DNA from: Halodesulfurarchaeum sp.
GTDB taxonomy: Archaea; Halobacteriota; Halobacteria; Halobacteriales; Halobacteriaceae
Length of the DNA stretch: 64,000 nt
NCBI GenBank assembly: GCA_034520565.1
Contig: JAXHNL010000002.1
Location: 32,001-96,000, forward strand
Reading direction: 5' to 3'
Every line of letters starts with the position of its first letter. Position 1 is the stretch's first letter. The notes beneath the pieces were generated by a model. It was not told where the DNA came from, did no database searches, and saw only the letters and a program-made list of their open reading frames with translations. Below, piece after piece: positions 1 to 11,388 of this stretch. The position numbers and the translations under genes were made by a program.

Positions 1-407
1 GCAAACCGAAAACCGTGTCCATCCCAGCCATAGTCCCACAATGACACCCTTTCAAAATAATAGAACCGCACATAGTAGTACAGGACCGTCAGTTTTCACC
101 AGTCGCCTTCGGTAAGTGACTCGTCATTCGATGACAGAGCGGGTCTAAACGGTTTCTAGGTACGAATCGACCAAAATGGAAAATTGCGACAACGGACACG
201 GGAGTCACTGAACGATATGATGCACTGTCGGGTCCTCGAAACCGACCACTGGAATCGTTTCCGTAGCAAGACTACACCTCGATGACAGGCACGACAGGCT
301 TCCAGTCCCCAACTGCACTCGGGCACGAAAACCAGACCTATCGCAAAACTACCAGTGATCATTCAGGGTACCACAAACCCTAAGAGGAGAGTGAGTAAGA
401 TAGATAC

Positions 408-1870
408 ATGGATCACTCGGACCCCGTCAGAGACATGGCGCCGGTAAATAAATTCGGAGCGGAGGAACTCGAACGAATTCACGACGTGAGTCTCACGCTC
501 CTGAGAGAGTTGGGAGTCAAAGTGGATTACGAGCCCGCCCTCGATCTCCTGGCGGAGAACGGCTGTACCGTCGACCGAGACGACAAGATGGTGACCTTTC
601 CAAGTGATTTGGTCGAGTGGGCGATCGAAACAGCGCCGGCTTCCTTCACCCTTCACGGCCGAAACCCCGAGCGTAACGTCACTGTCGGCGAGGGGGAATA
701 TGCGACCTCGCCTGCGGGCAGTGCACCCAACGTGCTAACCTACGAGGACGGGCGTCGCCCATCGACCCTCGAGGACTTCGAGACGTTCATCAAGTTGACC
801 CAGATGTCGGATTTGATGACGACGACTGGGTACAACCACGCCGAACCGAACGACGTGGACCAGGAAATCAAGCATTACCGTCTCATGGAGCGGATCATCA
901 AACATTCGGACAAACCGCTCAAGGGAGACACCTGGGGGGCAGACCGGGCACGGGCCTCGATCGAAATGGCCGGCATCGCAAACGACGATCCGGACCTCAG
1001 CAAGCCGTACATTTTTGCGACGATCAACAGCGTCTCGCCACGGACCTGGGATACAAAAATGACTGGTGGGCTGATGGAATACGCCAAGGCAGGTCAGGTG
1101 GGGATTTTATCCCCGGCGGTCATGGCGGCAGCGTCCGGTCCGGCAACGCTCGCAGGGACGCTCGCGCTCGGTAATGCCGAAATCCTGGCCGGTAACGTCA
1201 TCGCGCAACTCGTCAACGAAGGGGCTCCCATCATTTACGGATTGCCGACATCGAACGTGGATATCCGATACGGCTCCTTCAGTATCGGCAGTCCCGAGGG
1301 CGCACTCTGTGTCGCCTTCACTGGCCAGATGGGCCGGTTCTACGACGTCCCAACCCGGGCCGGAGGGGGGCTTACGGACTCGAAAATGCCGGATATGCAG
1401 GCAGGTGCCGAATCGATGTTGCAGCTGTATACTACGATCCAGAGTGGGGTGAATCTGATTCATCACGCGGCGGGGATGTTGGACTCGTATTCGACGTCCT
1501 CACCGGAGAAATTCCTGATCGATCTGGACGTCATTCGGTACATCGAACGGTTCCGTGATGGCCTCGACGTCTCCGAAGAAACGCTTGCCCAGGATCTCAT
1601 AGCCGAAGTGGAACCAGGGGGACACTTCCTCAACAAGCGGCACACGTTCGAGCATTCGAAAACTGAGTTTCTCATTCCAGAACTCTTCTACCGGAATTCC
1701 TATGAACAGCCTGGGAAGACGAAGGAAAGAAAAGCACGTTCGAATTGGCCCACGATCGCAAAATCGAGCTGTTGGCGGAGTACGAACGGCCACCGCTCGA
1801 CCCCGACATCGAGGCCGAACTCGACGAATACGTCGAAGCAGGAATCGAAACGGCACTGCCATCTTCGTAA
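408..1870 (+). CDS. mttB: Trimethylamine/quaternary-amine:corrinoid methyltransferase, MttB family, non-pyrrolysine (MtgB-like); probable artefactual frameshift near 1710
   Basis: MttB-family motifs (GPATLAGTLALGNAEILAG, GSPEG, GGGLTDSKMPDMQAGAES, VEPGGHFL). A family-like C-terminus (WEDEGKKSTFELAHDRKIELLAEYERPPLDPDIEAELDEYV) continues in another frame to TAA at 1868-1870. Confidence 0.88.
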
Positions 1871-1913
1871 GCTAAGCGATACCCTCGTCAAACGTCACCA
1901 CGACGCTACCAGG

Positions 1914-3861
1914 TCATATTTCTGTGACGCGGTGGTATTCTTCGGACAGAGCGCCTGCGTCCTCCGGTAGTAGGGCAATGACCAGAACATCCGTATATTT
2001 CTTGAAATGATCGACAAGTTTGGCGATTCGGTTGCTATCGACCGCTTCTACCGAGTCGAGCAACATGAACGGGACTGTCTCGTTTACGTCGTGGACTAAA
2101 TAGCCAGCCAGTGCAAAAACGAGACCGACCACTTCTCGTTCGCTTTCACTCAAATGGTCGATGGTATCCTCGTAGACGGTACCGTCATCCGTTTTTCGAA
2201 CCACGTGAAGGCGGAATTCGCTCGCGGAATTCTTCGTTCTCCTCCCGTTCTTTCCGTCCCGGCGTTCGATCCAAATGCGCTCCAGGTTATCGTATTCGAG
2301 TAAATCCAGTACGAGTTCCATATGCTCGTTGAATTCGTCGATAGCCTGGTTTTCGATCGACTGAACCCGTGTGCGCAAGTTTCTTAACGTCTCTGTAATC
2401 TGTTCTCGTTCCGTTCGAAGCGATTCTACGTCCTCGGTACTTTCCCTGATTTCTGCGATAGTTGCTTCGATGTCCGACAATCTGTCCTGTAGCTGCGTGG
2501 ATTCGAATTCAAGCTCGTTTACCTCCTTGTGTACTGCCAGTACCTCCGATTGGTCCTGGGACTCGAAGGACCGAATCTCCGCTTCCAGGGACTCGATTTC
2601 CGATTCCAGTTCGTCTTTCCGCTCCTGAAGGGTTTCGATTCTGCGTTCACTCGTTTCGATGTCCGTTTCGATGTCCGACCGTTTCCCGTTAAGTCGAGTC
2701 CGTTTTTGGCTTTTTTGTTTGATTTCTCGCTTTTCCTTCTGGAGGGACTGGAGTTCGGTATCAAGCGAGTTCCGTTTTTCCGCCTGAGTTTGATGCAGGT
2801 CTTTCAATCGAGAAACTGTCTTATCGATGCGTTCTTCCGGCACTTCACTTCCACACGTCCAGCAGATGGTCGTTCCAGAGACGAGATCGTCAGTGACGGA
2901 TTTACCAGTATTTGTCTGATGTTGGACCATTTCGAGCAACTTCGGCATTCGATCCGTCGAGAAGTTGCTCATTGAACTGTACGATTTGTTCGGATACTGA
3001 GTGATCGTCGATTCGAGCTGACTGTTTGTGGTCACGAAGGCGGCGAATTTCGGCGTCCAGTTCGTCGACTTTCCCGCCGTTTTTTTCCGGCAGGGAATCG
3101 AGTGCCTCCATCAGTTCGTCCAGTTCTTCCCTGTTCGCTTCGACCCGTTGTTCGGCCGTATCCAACTGGAATTTGACGTCTTCGAGGTCGGCTCTGGCTG
3201 TCTGCAATTCCTCCATTTTCGCATCGAGTTCGGCTTTCCGCTGTTTCGTCTCGTCGACGGACCCATTCAAGGAATCGAGTTCTACCCGCTTTTCCTGTAG
3301 TTGTTTCTCGACGTCTTCCAGACGAGACTCGACTTCGTGACGTTCTGCTTCTAACTCGGGCAGCCGTTCTTTTTCGTCCTCGAGTGCCTCGATTCGTTGA
3401 TCGACCGATTTTCGCTCGCGCTCGAGTTCCGAAATTTCCCGCTGTATTTCGTCGTAATCAATTGGGTCCATGATAATATCACGGAGATCTGCATCCGTCC
3501 TTACGGCCCGTCTAGCTGCATTATTTTCGAGGAGAAACGCAAATAACTCCGCCGTTGACGCGTCTTCGACGTACGCATCACCGGAAAATCGAACCGTAGA
3601 ATTTTCCCGCATCAGTTCTTGCCCGTAGATTTCTGTCTTCCAATTGAGCTGGGCTTCTCCCCAATCTTTGTCACCTTTCAACGAAACGTTATCGCTTCCG
3701 AGGGCCGCCATCATCGCCTGCAAAAAAGAGGTTCGATGTGTCGCGTTTCTTCCCGTCAAAATATTAACTCCTTCGACCAGTTCGACTGACGTCTCATTAA
3801 TGCCCCCGATATTTTCAGCTGTGACCTCGAGGGGCTTCGAAGATTCGGTATTTTGGGACAT
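1914..3861 (-). CDS. Archaea-specific SMC-related coiled-coil ATPase (Sph family), split by frameshifts at ~2940-3020
   Basis: N-terminal ENIGGI...GRNATHRTSFL, long coiled coils, central CWTC hook, C-terminal HLSESERE and FMLLDSVEAVD. ORFs 2902..3861 and 1914..3035 interleave into one protein. Confidence 0.85.
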
Positions 3862-3904
3862 TATTCCTGATATATATTGGATTTCTCATCAATCTTCCGG
3901 ACCA

Positions 3905-4501
3905 TTATTCCGCACACCCACAACCACCCCCTTCCAGCAGCTCCGTGACACGCATTTCCGCCCCGCAGTCACTACAGTACACCCGTGCTTCGACATATAC
4001 CTCAGTGTCGCCGACAGTGACCGCGTCAATCTTCGCAAACCGTTCGATGACGCTTTCCGAAACGGCCTTCGTTCGGTTTTCCAATCTATTGATCGACTCG
4101 ACTGCATCCGTTAGTTGCTCCTCTGGATCCCGGCTCGAGTACGTCTCCCCTTCGACTTCAGTCAGGTACGAATGGACCGATTGATGCGTGACGAAATCCG
4201 ATTCCAGTTCGTCCACGTCCACTCCCTGCCGTTCGAGATCACGTCGCTTCTGGACCGCTTCGGCCTTCGTTTGTTCCCCCGCCAGCGCCTCGTAAATGTG
4301 TTCGATATCACGCTGTGTGGCCATCACCCCCTTTGATTCGAGAACCGTTTCGAGTATCTGTTTGTTGAGTTTCCTCGCCAACTCCCGTAAACTGAGCCGT
4401 TCTCCCCGATTTCCCGTCCAAAGTGACACAAGGTCCAGAGCGATGTCGTACTTCTCCATCACCAACTGAACTTTGCTTCGATAATCCCCGGTGTTGCTCA
4501 T
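3905..4501 (-). CDS. rdfA: Rod-determining factor RdfA family protein
   Basis: SKV..V.EKY, WTG..GER.SLRELA..LN, DFVTHQSVHSYL and C-terminal CxxC...GGCxC; lies directly upstream of the Sph-type SMC gene, as rdfA-sph3 does. Confidence 0.8.
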   Translation of the reverse strand: MSNTGDYRSKVQLVMEKYDIALDLVSLWTGNRGERLSLRELARKLNKQILETVLESKGVMATQRDIEHIYEALAGEQTKAEAVQKRRDLERQGVDVDELESDFVTHQSVHSYLTEVEGETYSSRDPEEQLTDAVESINRLENRTKAVSESVIERFAKIDAVTVGDTEVYVEARVYCSDCGAEMRVTELLEGGGCGCAE

Positions 4502-4571
4502 ATACCTCTCGTATTCTTCGAGTTGGTTTATGAAACTACTGGAGGTCAGCCCAGTATCCCCACTCTGCCGG

Positions 4572-5750
4572 TTACAGCGAATCTTTCATCGCTTCGAGCC
4601 CGGCCCGGACGTCTACGTCGGCTCCGGCCCGTTCGAGAGCCTTTCCGAATGCCACCATGAAAGACGACACCGTGTTCGGTCGTGCCCCATACCCCATACA
4701 TCCAACGCGGAATATCTCGCCATCGAGTGCCCCCAGTCCGCCAGCAATTTCGATCCCATAGGTATCGAGGAGATCTCCTCGGACCGCCTCGTCGGACACG
4801 CCCGCCGGGACTCGAATCGCGTTCAGGGTCGGCAACCAGTACTCCGCTTCCGGATTGAGTTCCAGCCCCATCGCCTCGATGCCGGCCTTGATGGCCCCGG
4901 CCATCTGTCTGTGACGGTCCCAGCGAGCTTCGATTCCTTCCTCTGCAACGATTCGAAGCGCTTCCCTAATCGAATACACGTTCGTTATGGGCGCAGTGTG
5001 GTGGTAGGACCGATCATCGCCCCAGTATCCCTCCAACAGGCTCAAATCGAGATACCACGATCGAACGTCGTTTTCCCGGTTCGTGATCTTGTCCATCGAG
5101 CGGTCGTTCACGGTGATCGGACTGGCGCCGGGTGGTGCTGAAAGGGCTTTTTGCGATCCCGAATAGGCGACGTCGATGTTCCAATCGTCGACCCGTAACT
5201 CCACACCACCCAGTGACGTGACGGTATCTGCGATCACGTACGCGTCGTGTTCGTGAGCGATTGCCGTTAGTTCGGGAACGTCGGGTTGAAGGACGCCCGT
5301 ACTCGTTTCGGCATGGACGAAGCCGAACACATCCGGCTGGTGTGTTTCGAAGGCATCGACGACGTCGTCGACGGCGAGGGGCTTTCCCCAGGGCGCGTCG
5401 ACGGTCACTACCTCGCCACCGGCTCGGCGGGCCATTTTACCCATTCGACCACCGAAGTACCCGTTCGTCGGGACGAGAACTGTCTCGCCCGGTTCGACCA
5501 TGTTCGCGATTGCCGTTTCCATAGCCGCACTTCCCGTTCCACTTACCGGGATGGTCCACTGATTCTCCGTCCGAAACGTGTATCGGAGGAGTTCCTGAAC
5601 GTCATCCATCATCGTTACGAAAGCGGGGTCGAGGTGACCGACGAGTGGATTACTCATCGCCCGAAGAACACGAGGATGGACCTCGCTCGGTCCGGGTCCC
5701 ATCAGTAATCGATCAGGTACACGCATCTCTCCGACGTCGGGGGCGTTCAT
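4572..5750 (-). CDS. Class V PLP-dependent aminotransferase (alanine-glyoxylate/serine-pyruvate)
   Basis: LLMGPGPS, HAETSTGV, ADTVTSLGG, YSGSQKALSAPPG (PLP lysine), YHHTAP. Confidence 0.92.
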   Translation of the reverse strand: MNAPDVGEMRVPDRLLMGPGPSEVHPRVLRAMSNPLVGHLDPAFVTMMDDVQELLRYTFRTENQWTIPVSGTGSAAMETAIANMVEPGETVLVPTNGYFGGRMGKMARRAGGEVVTVDAPWGKPLAVDDVVDAFETHQPDVFGFVHAETSTGVLQPDVPELTAIAHEHDAYVIADTVTSLGGVELRVDDWNIDVAYSGSQKALSAPPGASPITVNDRSMDKITNRENDVRSWYLDLSLLEGYWGDDRSYHHTAPITNVYSIREALRIVAEEGIEARWDRHRQMAGAIKAGIEAMGLELNPEAEYWLPTLNAIRVPAGVSDEAVRGDLLDTYGIEIAGGLGALDGEIFRVGCMGYGARPNTVSSFMVAFGKALERAGADVDVRAGLEAMKDSL

Positions 5751-6818
5751 CCTACAGTACAATAATTTCGCTCTCGTCCATAAGCGTTTGCTATCTGTAT
5801 GAACGGATATGAAGACAAACAGGTTCCATTACTTGACCGAGAATTTCGGCCGGTTACCAGCCGGTTCTGAAAGTATCAGTGATATATATTTGTGATCTGT
5901 TTATTCTGGTCTCTTATCGGATTACACATATCAGGTCCGTGCTTTTGTCACCGTGAAATAATTTGAATACTGTATGCCGTTCTTCTAAAGGTCACCATAG
6001 AGGAAGCGGCACTATCCGCTAAAAATTCGCCGTTGCCGAGACAAAACACACTGTTTGTCGACCAACGACCGAATTTTTTAATTAAAATTTTTCCAGATTT
6101 CCTCCGTTAATATTCGATTATATTTTAATAATATTGTTATTATGAAGAAAAATTCGTCATACGTAGGTTTCTTTCATTTGTTCTAAAGACGGCAAAAAAC
6201 AACCAGATCCCGCGATTACAGGCGAACGGTCGCCACACGAAGAGTCATCGAAATGCCGGCGGTCTTCTCGTAGGATCCCCTCATTCGCCCAAATTGGGAC
6301 AAACAATGCGGTCGGTTTTCGGCTCTTATCAACTCTACATATAATACTAAATATTGATAATATAAACAAATCCAGTTGATTCAAACGATTTCATGTACCC
6401 ATTAGTTTCGATATGTGTTCGTGTCGAAGTTGATCGACGTGCCGGAAAATCTATTAGAGCGACTACGTTCCACCGTCGAGACTCACGAATGCCATATAGA
6501 TTTCTATCAATACAGCGTCGCTCGTAGTTCAGTTCGTTCCACGGGCTGGGGAAGATATCTGATACCTCACAGAGCAGCCTCCACCTGACCGGTGAGCGGA
6601 CACACCGCAAAACCTTCGTCCGGTGTGCGCATATACACCAGTAGGAATATAATAAATGGAAAGGTGACCATTGTAATGTGAATGTGGGCGGTTGGAACAA
6701 CGAATATTGAGCAGAAAAGTCGTGTGCCGACGGAAACGTACGTAAGGAAGCAACAAGTTCTCGGAAGTCCCTCAACAAGTCCGAACCCTTCTCCCGGATG
6801 ATTCACCTTACGACCGAC

Positions 6819-7802
6819 CTAAATAAGACCCTGTTCCGCCAAAAAGGCCCGTGCGACTTGGACTGGCTCGTTCCCGTCGACAATGACACGGCCGTTGAGT
6901 TCTCGCATGACCGAATTGTCCTCGATAAGCGGGCCGAGTTCGTCGAGGAGAGATTCGATCTCCGGCGTCTCGGCAAGAAGCGAAGTCCGAACGACCGGTG
7001 CGGGGCTGTAGATCGGCCAGAAGTCCCGATCGTCCTGCAGTTTTTGTAACCCGAGTTCGGTAATCTGGGGATCGGTCGTAAATCCCATCGCGATGTCCAC
7101 ATCCCCTGGTCGCAGGAACTCGTAAGTTAGTCCGGCAGGCACCACCTCTATCGACTCCTCCCACGTGGCCCGGACCCGGTCATCGATTCCGTACCTGTCG
7201 AGCAATCCCGGCCAGCCGTCGGGTCTGTCGTAAAACGACGAGCCGAGGACTGCAGTAACGTCCGTGTTGCCTGCCTTAACGTGATCAGCGAGCCCAGAAA
7301 TCGTCGAAATACCGGTCCTTTCGACCCAGGATTCCGAGGCCAGCAACCCATAAGAGTTGTTAATCGGTGCCCGTTCGAGGACCGTGAGATCGGTGGCCGC
7401 CTCGATCTGTTCTTTGGCGTCTCGGTACTGAACTTCGGGATCGGCGATCCGCCGGTACTGTTTGGGTGAGTGGGTGAGGCGAAGCGTTCCCGTATACTCC
7501 CAGGAGAGATCGACGGATCCCTCCTGTAGCCCTGCCCATACGTCTTTCGTCGTCCCGTATTCGGTTTCGTCGACGATCATTGCATCGGTATGGTGTCCGA
7601 GGGTAATGAGGGCGAGGTAGCCGAGGATCTCGTTTTCGACGAATTGCTTAGAAGCGACCGCGATGCTGTCCTCGGCGGCCCCTGTCGTTTTCGAAGCCCC
7701 AGCAGCAACCGATTGGGTATTGCAGCCCGCTAGGCTGGATGCTGCGAGCGTCCCACCGATCCCACGTAAGACATCCCGTCGTCGGAGTGACTGTCGTTCC
7801 AT
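6819..7802 (-). CDS. Glycine betaine/osmoprotectant ABC transporter substrate-binding lipoprotein (OpuAC/OsmF-like)
   Basis: Tat motif RRRDVL, lipobox LAGC, ASKQFVENEILG, WEYTGT, RPDGWPGL, FTTDPQI, LQDDRDFWPIY. Confidence 0.88.
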   Translation of the reverse strand: MERQSLRRRDVLRGIGGTLAASSLAGCNTQSVAAGASKTTGAAEDSIAVASKQFVENEILGYLALITLGHHTDAMIVDETEYGTTKDVWAGLQEGSVDLSWEYTGTLRLTHSPKQYRRIADPEVQYRDAKEQIEAATDLTVLERAPINNSYGLLASESWVERTGISTISGLADHVKAGNTDVTAVLGSSFYDRPDGWPGLLDRYGIDDRVRATWEESIEVVPAGLTYEFLRPGDVDIAMGFTTDPQITELGLQKLQDDRDFWPIYSPAPVVRTSLLAETPEIESLLDELGPLIEDNSVMRELNGRVIVDGNEPVQVARAFLAEQGLI

Positions 7803-8477
7803 GGATGGGAGAAATAACTCCCCGGTTAAACCCTTTCGGATATCTTATACAATTTGGCCGAAACGTTTGGTAACCCCGACCATGTGACGAATTATAGTGG
7901 TTGTTATTCCCATGTAGAGAGGGAGTATGACACGTTTGGAAGTCACTCTCTGGCGTGCGCAAAGCGTCCAATACCGTATCATTTATTTGATGATTACTGC
8001 CTTCGAGTCGGAATCCATCAACCGCGACCAGTGTCTCACACGTCCCCGAGCCGGCCATTTCCTGGGACAGTGACACGTTTTGTCCTGTGAATGCTCCGGA
8101 GAAGATAGCTAAATCGAAGCAGTTACCTGATCTTGATAGTTCGAAACCGGGAAGAATGCCGGTCACTCCGGAGTGTATGGGAAAAACGTCCTGGCCCCCT
8201 AGAGACAAGGGTTTCCCGGATACTGGTCTTCCATCGATGGTTTTCGAGTAAAGTGAGGAATCTTCCGTCTACTGGATAAAGCCTGAGCTGATTTGTGTCG
8301 GGAACGAGTTTCTACTGTGAGACGCTGAACTTCGCAATCGAACGCTTTTCTCCACCGCCTACAGATGTCACGGATCGGTCGGTAACCGAGTTTCGATAGA
8401 ATTAGGGGGCGGAGTCGTTCGAAAAGGTGTACACCCCAGGATACAGTCTTATACGACTCGGGGGCATCCCCTGTGTC

Positions 8478-9101
8478 ATGGTAAATGATGACACGAAGGA
8501 ACAGGGAAGCCTGTCGGAGATAGATTCGTGGACGGGAGGGTTCAGCTGGATAGCGTATCCCGAAGAACGCGGAAAGAGAGCAAGTCATGCGCTGCTGACG
8601 GAAGGTGGTGTCTGGCTCGTCGATCCAGTAGATGTAGATGGATTGGACGAGCGGGTAGCGAAACTGGGGAACGTAACTGGCGTGCTGGTTCTCCAGGATC
8701 GCCATACACGTGATGCGGCGGAAGTGGCCCGCCGACACGACGTCGCTGTATTCATCCCCGAATGGATGACCCTGGCACGCGAAAAATTGGATGCCGAAGC
8801 CGAACCAGTCGGTTCGAATCTTCCCGGATCGAACTACACGGTCCATCGATTGATCGAGAGGAAGGACTGGGAAGAAGCCGTCCTCGTCGACGAGACGACG
8901 AAAACGCTCGTCGTCCCCGAAGCAATCGGTACCCTCCCATCCTTCGGAAAGAACGATACCGAACTTGGCGTTCATCCGTCCGTCGACGAACCGCCCCACA
9001 AGCTCGCGGACTGGAATCCCGACCGGATACTCGTCGGCCACGGCACGAGCGTCCACGACGATGCGAATCGACAGTTGCGAGCGGCACTTGATGTCGAGTG
9101 A
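8478..9101 (+). CDS. Conserved haloarchaeal protein, metallo-beta-lactamase-like fold
   Basis: RASHAL...WLVDPVD, LQDRHTRDA, ILVGHG; acidic composition. Confidence 0.65.
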   Translation: MVNDDTKEQGSLSEIDSWTGGFSWIAYPEERGKRASHALLTEGGVWLVDPVDVDGLDERVAKLGNVTGVLVLQDRHTRDAAEVARRHDVAVFIPEWMTLAREKLDAEAEPVGSNLPGSNYTVHRLIERKDWEEAVLVDETTKTLVVPEAIGTLPSFGKNDTELGVHPSVDEPPHKLADWNPDRILVGHGTSVHDDANRQLRAALDVE

Positions 9102-9571
9102 GCGGTTTTTCGTACGGGTCCAGTTCACGGATATTTCGGTTCCCGAGACCCGAGTGAAATCGAGCGGGCTGAGTATACGCTCCGGGATTCGATCAACACG
9201 ACAACATTCGAGTGTAAACGTTTCAGCAAACGCCGAGGGAACGATTTGGAGTGACAGCAGTTAGGAACAGTGTTCGAGTCGAACGTCAAACGTTTCGCCA
9301 TCAACCACACGACGGGCTCTCGATGAAAATTCGGGTAACACTCAGGTTCCTCAAAGTTCCGAAATTATTCATGCAGGACCGATTTCGACCGAATACAGGA
9401 CGGGGTTTTGCCCACTTTTCCAGTTCGAGAAGGGGATGGAAAACGGCCTGACGGGAAACGACGCATCGATTGATTTGTGAATATCGAATAAGTCAGACTT
9501 TTTCGCAGCCCCATTTATCAACGTTTTAAAATCAATCAATCACGAACAGATTAAAATCCGTTCGGGCTACC

Positions 9572-10711
9572 CTATTCGTATTGTCCGTACTCTTCTGCAG
9601 CCTCGACGAGGGCTCTGAAATTCTCACTCGGCGTGTTGGGATTCGTATCACAGGCCGGGGTTAGAATGAAGCCACCACCCTCGGCCGCGTACTCGATATT
9701 CCGCTTCGCCGTTGCTTTGACTTTTGCAGGGTCTCCCTCAAGGAGGACAGTGACTGGATCAACGTTGCCGAGAATGCACACCTGATCGCCGACATCCTTC
9801 TTGACCGCCTTGAGCATGATGCTATACGGGTCATCCTCGTCGTAGTCGATGTTCTCATTCCCCAACGTATCCTCCAGGTATTCGACGTCCTTCGGCCACT
9901 TATCGACGTTCCCGTAGTTGGCATGAATGCCACCAGGGGCCCCGTCCGGTATCGTATCGGCGACCATCTGGATGATACCAGTCGTATCACCGCAGGGGTG
10001 ATTGATCGGGATCATCCCGGTGTCCGCAATCGCTTTGAAGTCCTCCTGGAGATACGGGAGGACGAACTCTTCGTACTGCGGAGGAGATGTCGTTTCCGTC
10101 GCGGCAACTGGATCGAGGACGACGACGCCGTGTGCTTTCCCCGCAAAGGCAGTATGGTACTGGATGTGGAACTCGTTCAATTTTTCCAAGAATTCGTGCA
10201 CTTTCTCGGGGTTCTCGTACATCCCTCGATAGAGTTCTTCGTGACCGATCAGGTTCGCAGCCGTGCTGAATACCCCCGAGACAATCGGGGCGACGGCCTT
10301 CTGATCACCCACTTCCTCCATGAGGATCGCAGACTCTTGGAGGACCGACGACGTCCTGATATGCTCTTCCAAATCGGGGAAATCGAAGTCGTCGATTTCG
10401 TCCCAGGACTCGAACGTCCGCTGGGTTGCATCGACGATTTCCATGTGTTCACTCCAGAATCCCTGGGCTCCACAGGCTTTGGCCTCGACGAAACACCCAT
10501 CGATACCCGCGATTACCATATCATCGCCGAAGTTCTCGTTTGCTGCGATCTTCGCCTTCGCCATCGTTTCCGGATCGTTCTGGGCATCTTTCGGGCGTTC
10601 GTCAATTTCCCAGAGTGCCCGAGAAATCGCCAACGTTCCAACAGGTACCCGGTCCGGTTCTTTCCCCTGCAACGCCGTTGCGACCCGTTCCACACCTGCC
10701 ATTTCACCCAT
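9572..10711 (-). CDS. MtaA/CmuA-UroD family methylcobamide:thiol methyltransferase
   Basis: GKEPDRVPV, SPPQYEEFVLPY, H-P-C-G zinc motif, ILGNVDPV, GGFILTPACD, TPSENFRAL; 2 bp downstream of the corrinoid protein gene. Confidence 0.85.
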   Translation of the reverse strand: MGEMAGVERVATALQGKEPDRVPVGTLAISRALWEIDERPKDAQNDPETMAKAKIAANENFGDDMVIAGIDGCFVEAKACGAQGFWSEHMEIVDATQRTFESWDEIDDFDFPDLEEHIRTSSVLQESAILMEEVGDQKAVAPIVSGVFSTAANLIGHEELYRGMYENPEKVHEFLEKLNEFHIQYHTAFAGKAHGVVVLDPVAATETTSPPQYEEFVLPYLQEDFKAIADTGMIPINHPCGDTTGIIQMVADTIPDGAPGGIHANYGNVDKWPKDVEYLEDTLGNENIDYDEDDPYSIMLKAVKKDVGDQVCILGNVDPVTVLLEGDPAKVKATAKRNIEYAAEGGGFILTPACDTNPNTPSENFRALVEAAEEYGQYE

Positions 10712-10713
10712 CG

Positions 10714-11388
10714 TTAGGCACCTCCTTTCGCTTCCTGTTCGAGTTCACGCCACAATCGTTCAGCTTCGCCTACCGACTGTGGCGCATCTGGCGCATAGCC
10801 ATCTGCACCGATTTTCTCGGCCCAATTGGCGTTCGCGGATCTGCCGCCAACGAGGACTTTGAACTCATCACGAAGTCCCCGGTCCTCGAGTTCGCGAATG
10901 ACATCCTGCATATTATCCCGTGTAATACTCATGAGGGCCGAGAGGGCGATCACATCCGCGTTTTCTTCGATTGCCCGATCCACGATTTCGTCTTCGGGTT
11001 TATCGACTCCCATGTCATGGACGTGGTGACCATTGCCGGCCAAAAACAGCCGGACGAGGTTCTTCCCGATATCGTGAATGTCCTCCTTGATCGTCGCAAG
11101 CACGATGGTCACACGTTCGTCTTTCTCGCCAGTCGTCGCCACCTGTTCGTTCAATGCCTCGGTCAGTGGGCCCATCACCGCTTCCAAGGTGTCGCCACAC
11201 CGCATGAGGTCCGTCAGGAAGAACTCGCCCGTTTCGTAATACTCTCCGATCGTATCCGCAGCTGGCAAGATCGCTTCGTCCAACACCTCCGTTGCATCTT
11301 GTTCTTGCAAAATCTCCGTCGTTAATGCTTCCGCCCGTTCCGTATCCGCATCGACGATGGCTTCTTTTAATTCCGTGGCTTTTGTCAT
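10714..11388 (-). CDS. Corrinoid (B12-binding) methyl-carrier protein, MttC/MtbC/MtaC-like
   Basis: Cap domain (GEYYETGEFFLTDL), EDIHDIGKNLV (DxHxxG), ALSALMS, VLVGG, IGADGYAPDA. Confidence 0.93.
   Translation of the reverse strand: MTKATELKEAIVDADTERAEALTTEILQEQDATEVLDEAILPAADTIGEYYETGEFFLTDLMRCGDTLEAVMGPLTEALNEQVATTGEKDERVTIVLATIKEDIHDIGKNLVRLFLAGNGHHVHDMGVDKPEDEIVDRAIEENADVIALSALMSITRDNMQDVIRELEDRGLRDEFKVLVGGRSANANWAEKIGADGYAPDAPQSVGEAERLWRELEQEAKGGA

Noticed and set aside
408-1970. Pyrrolysine recoding in mttB, and the 520-aa ORF end
   Set aside because: No in-frame TAG and Leu at the Pyl site. The basic tail after ~1710 is off-frame; the family-like C-terminus ends at 1870.
6157-6806. 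Short ORFs in the AT-rich spacer
   Set aside because: Non-acidic, no motifs, mutually overlapping; probably non-coding.
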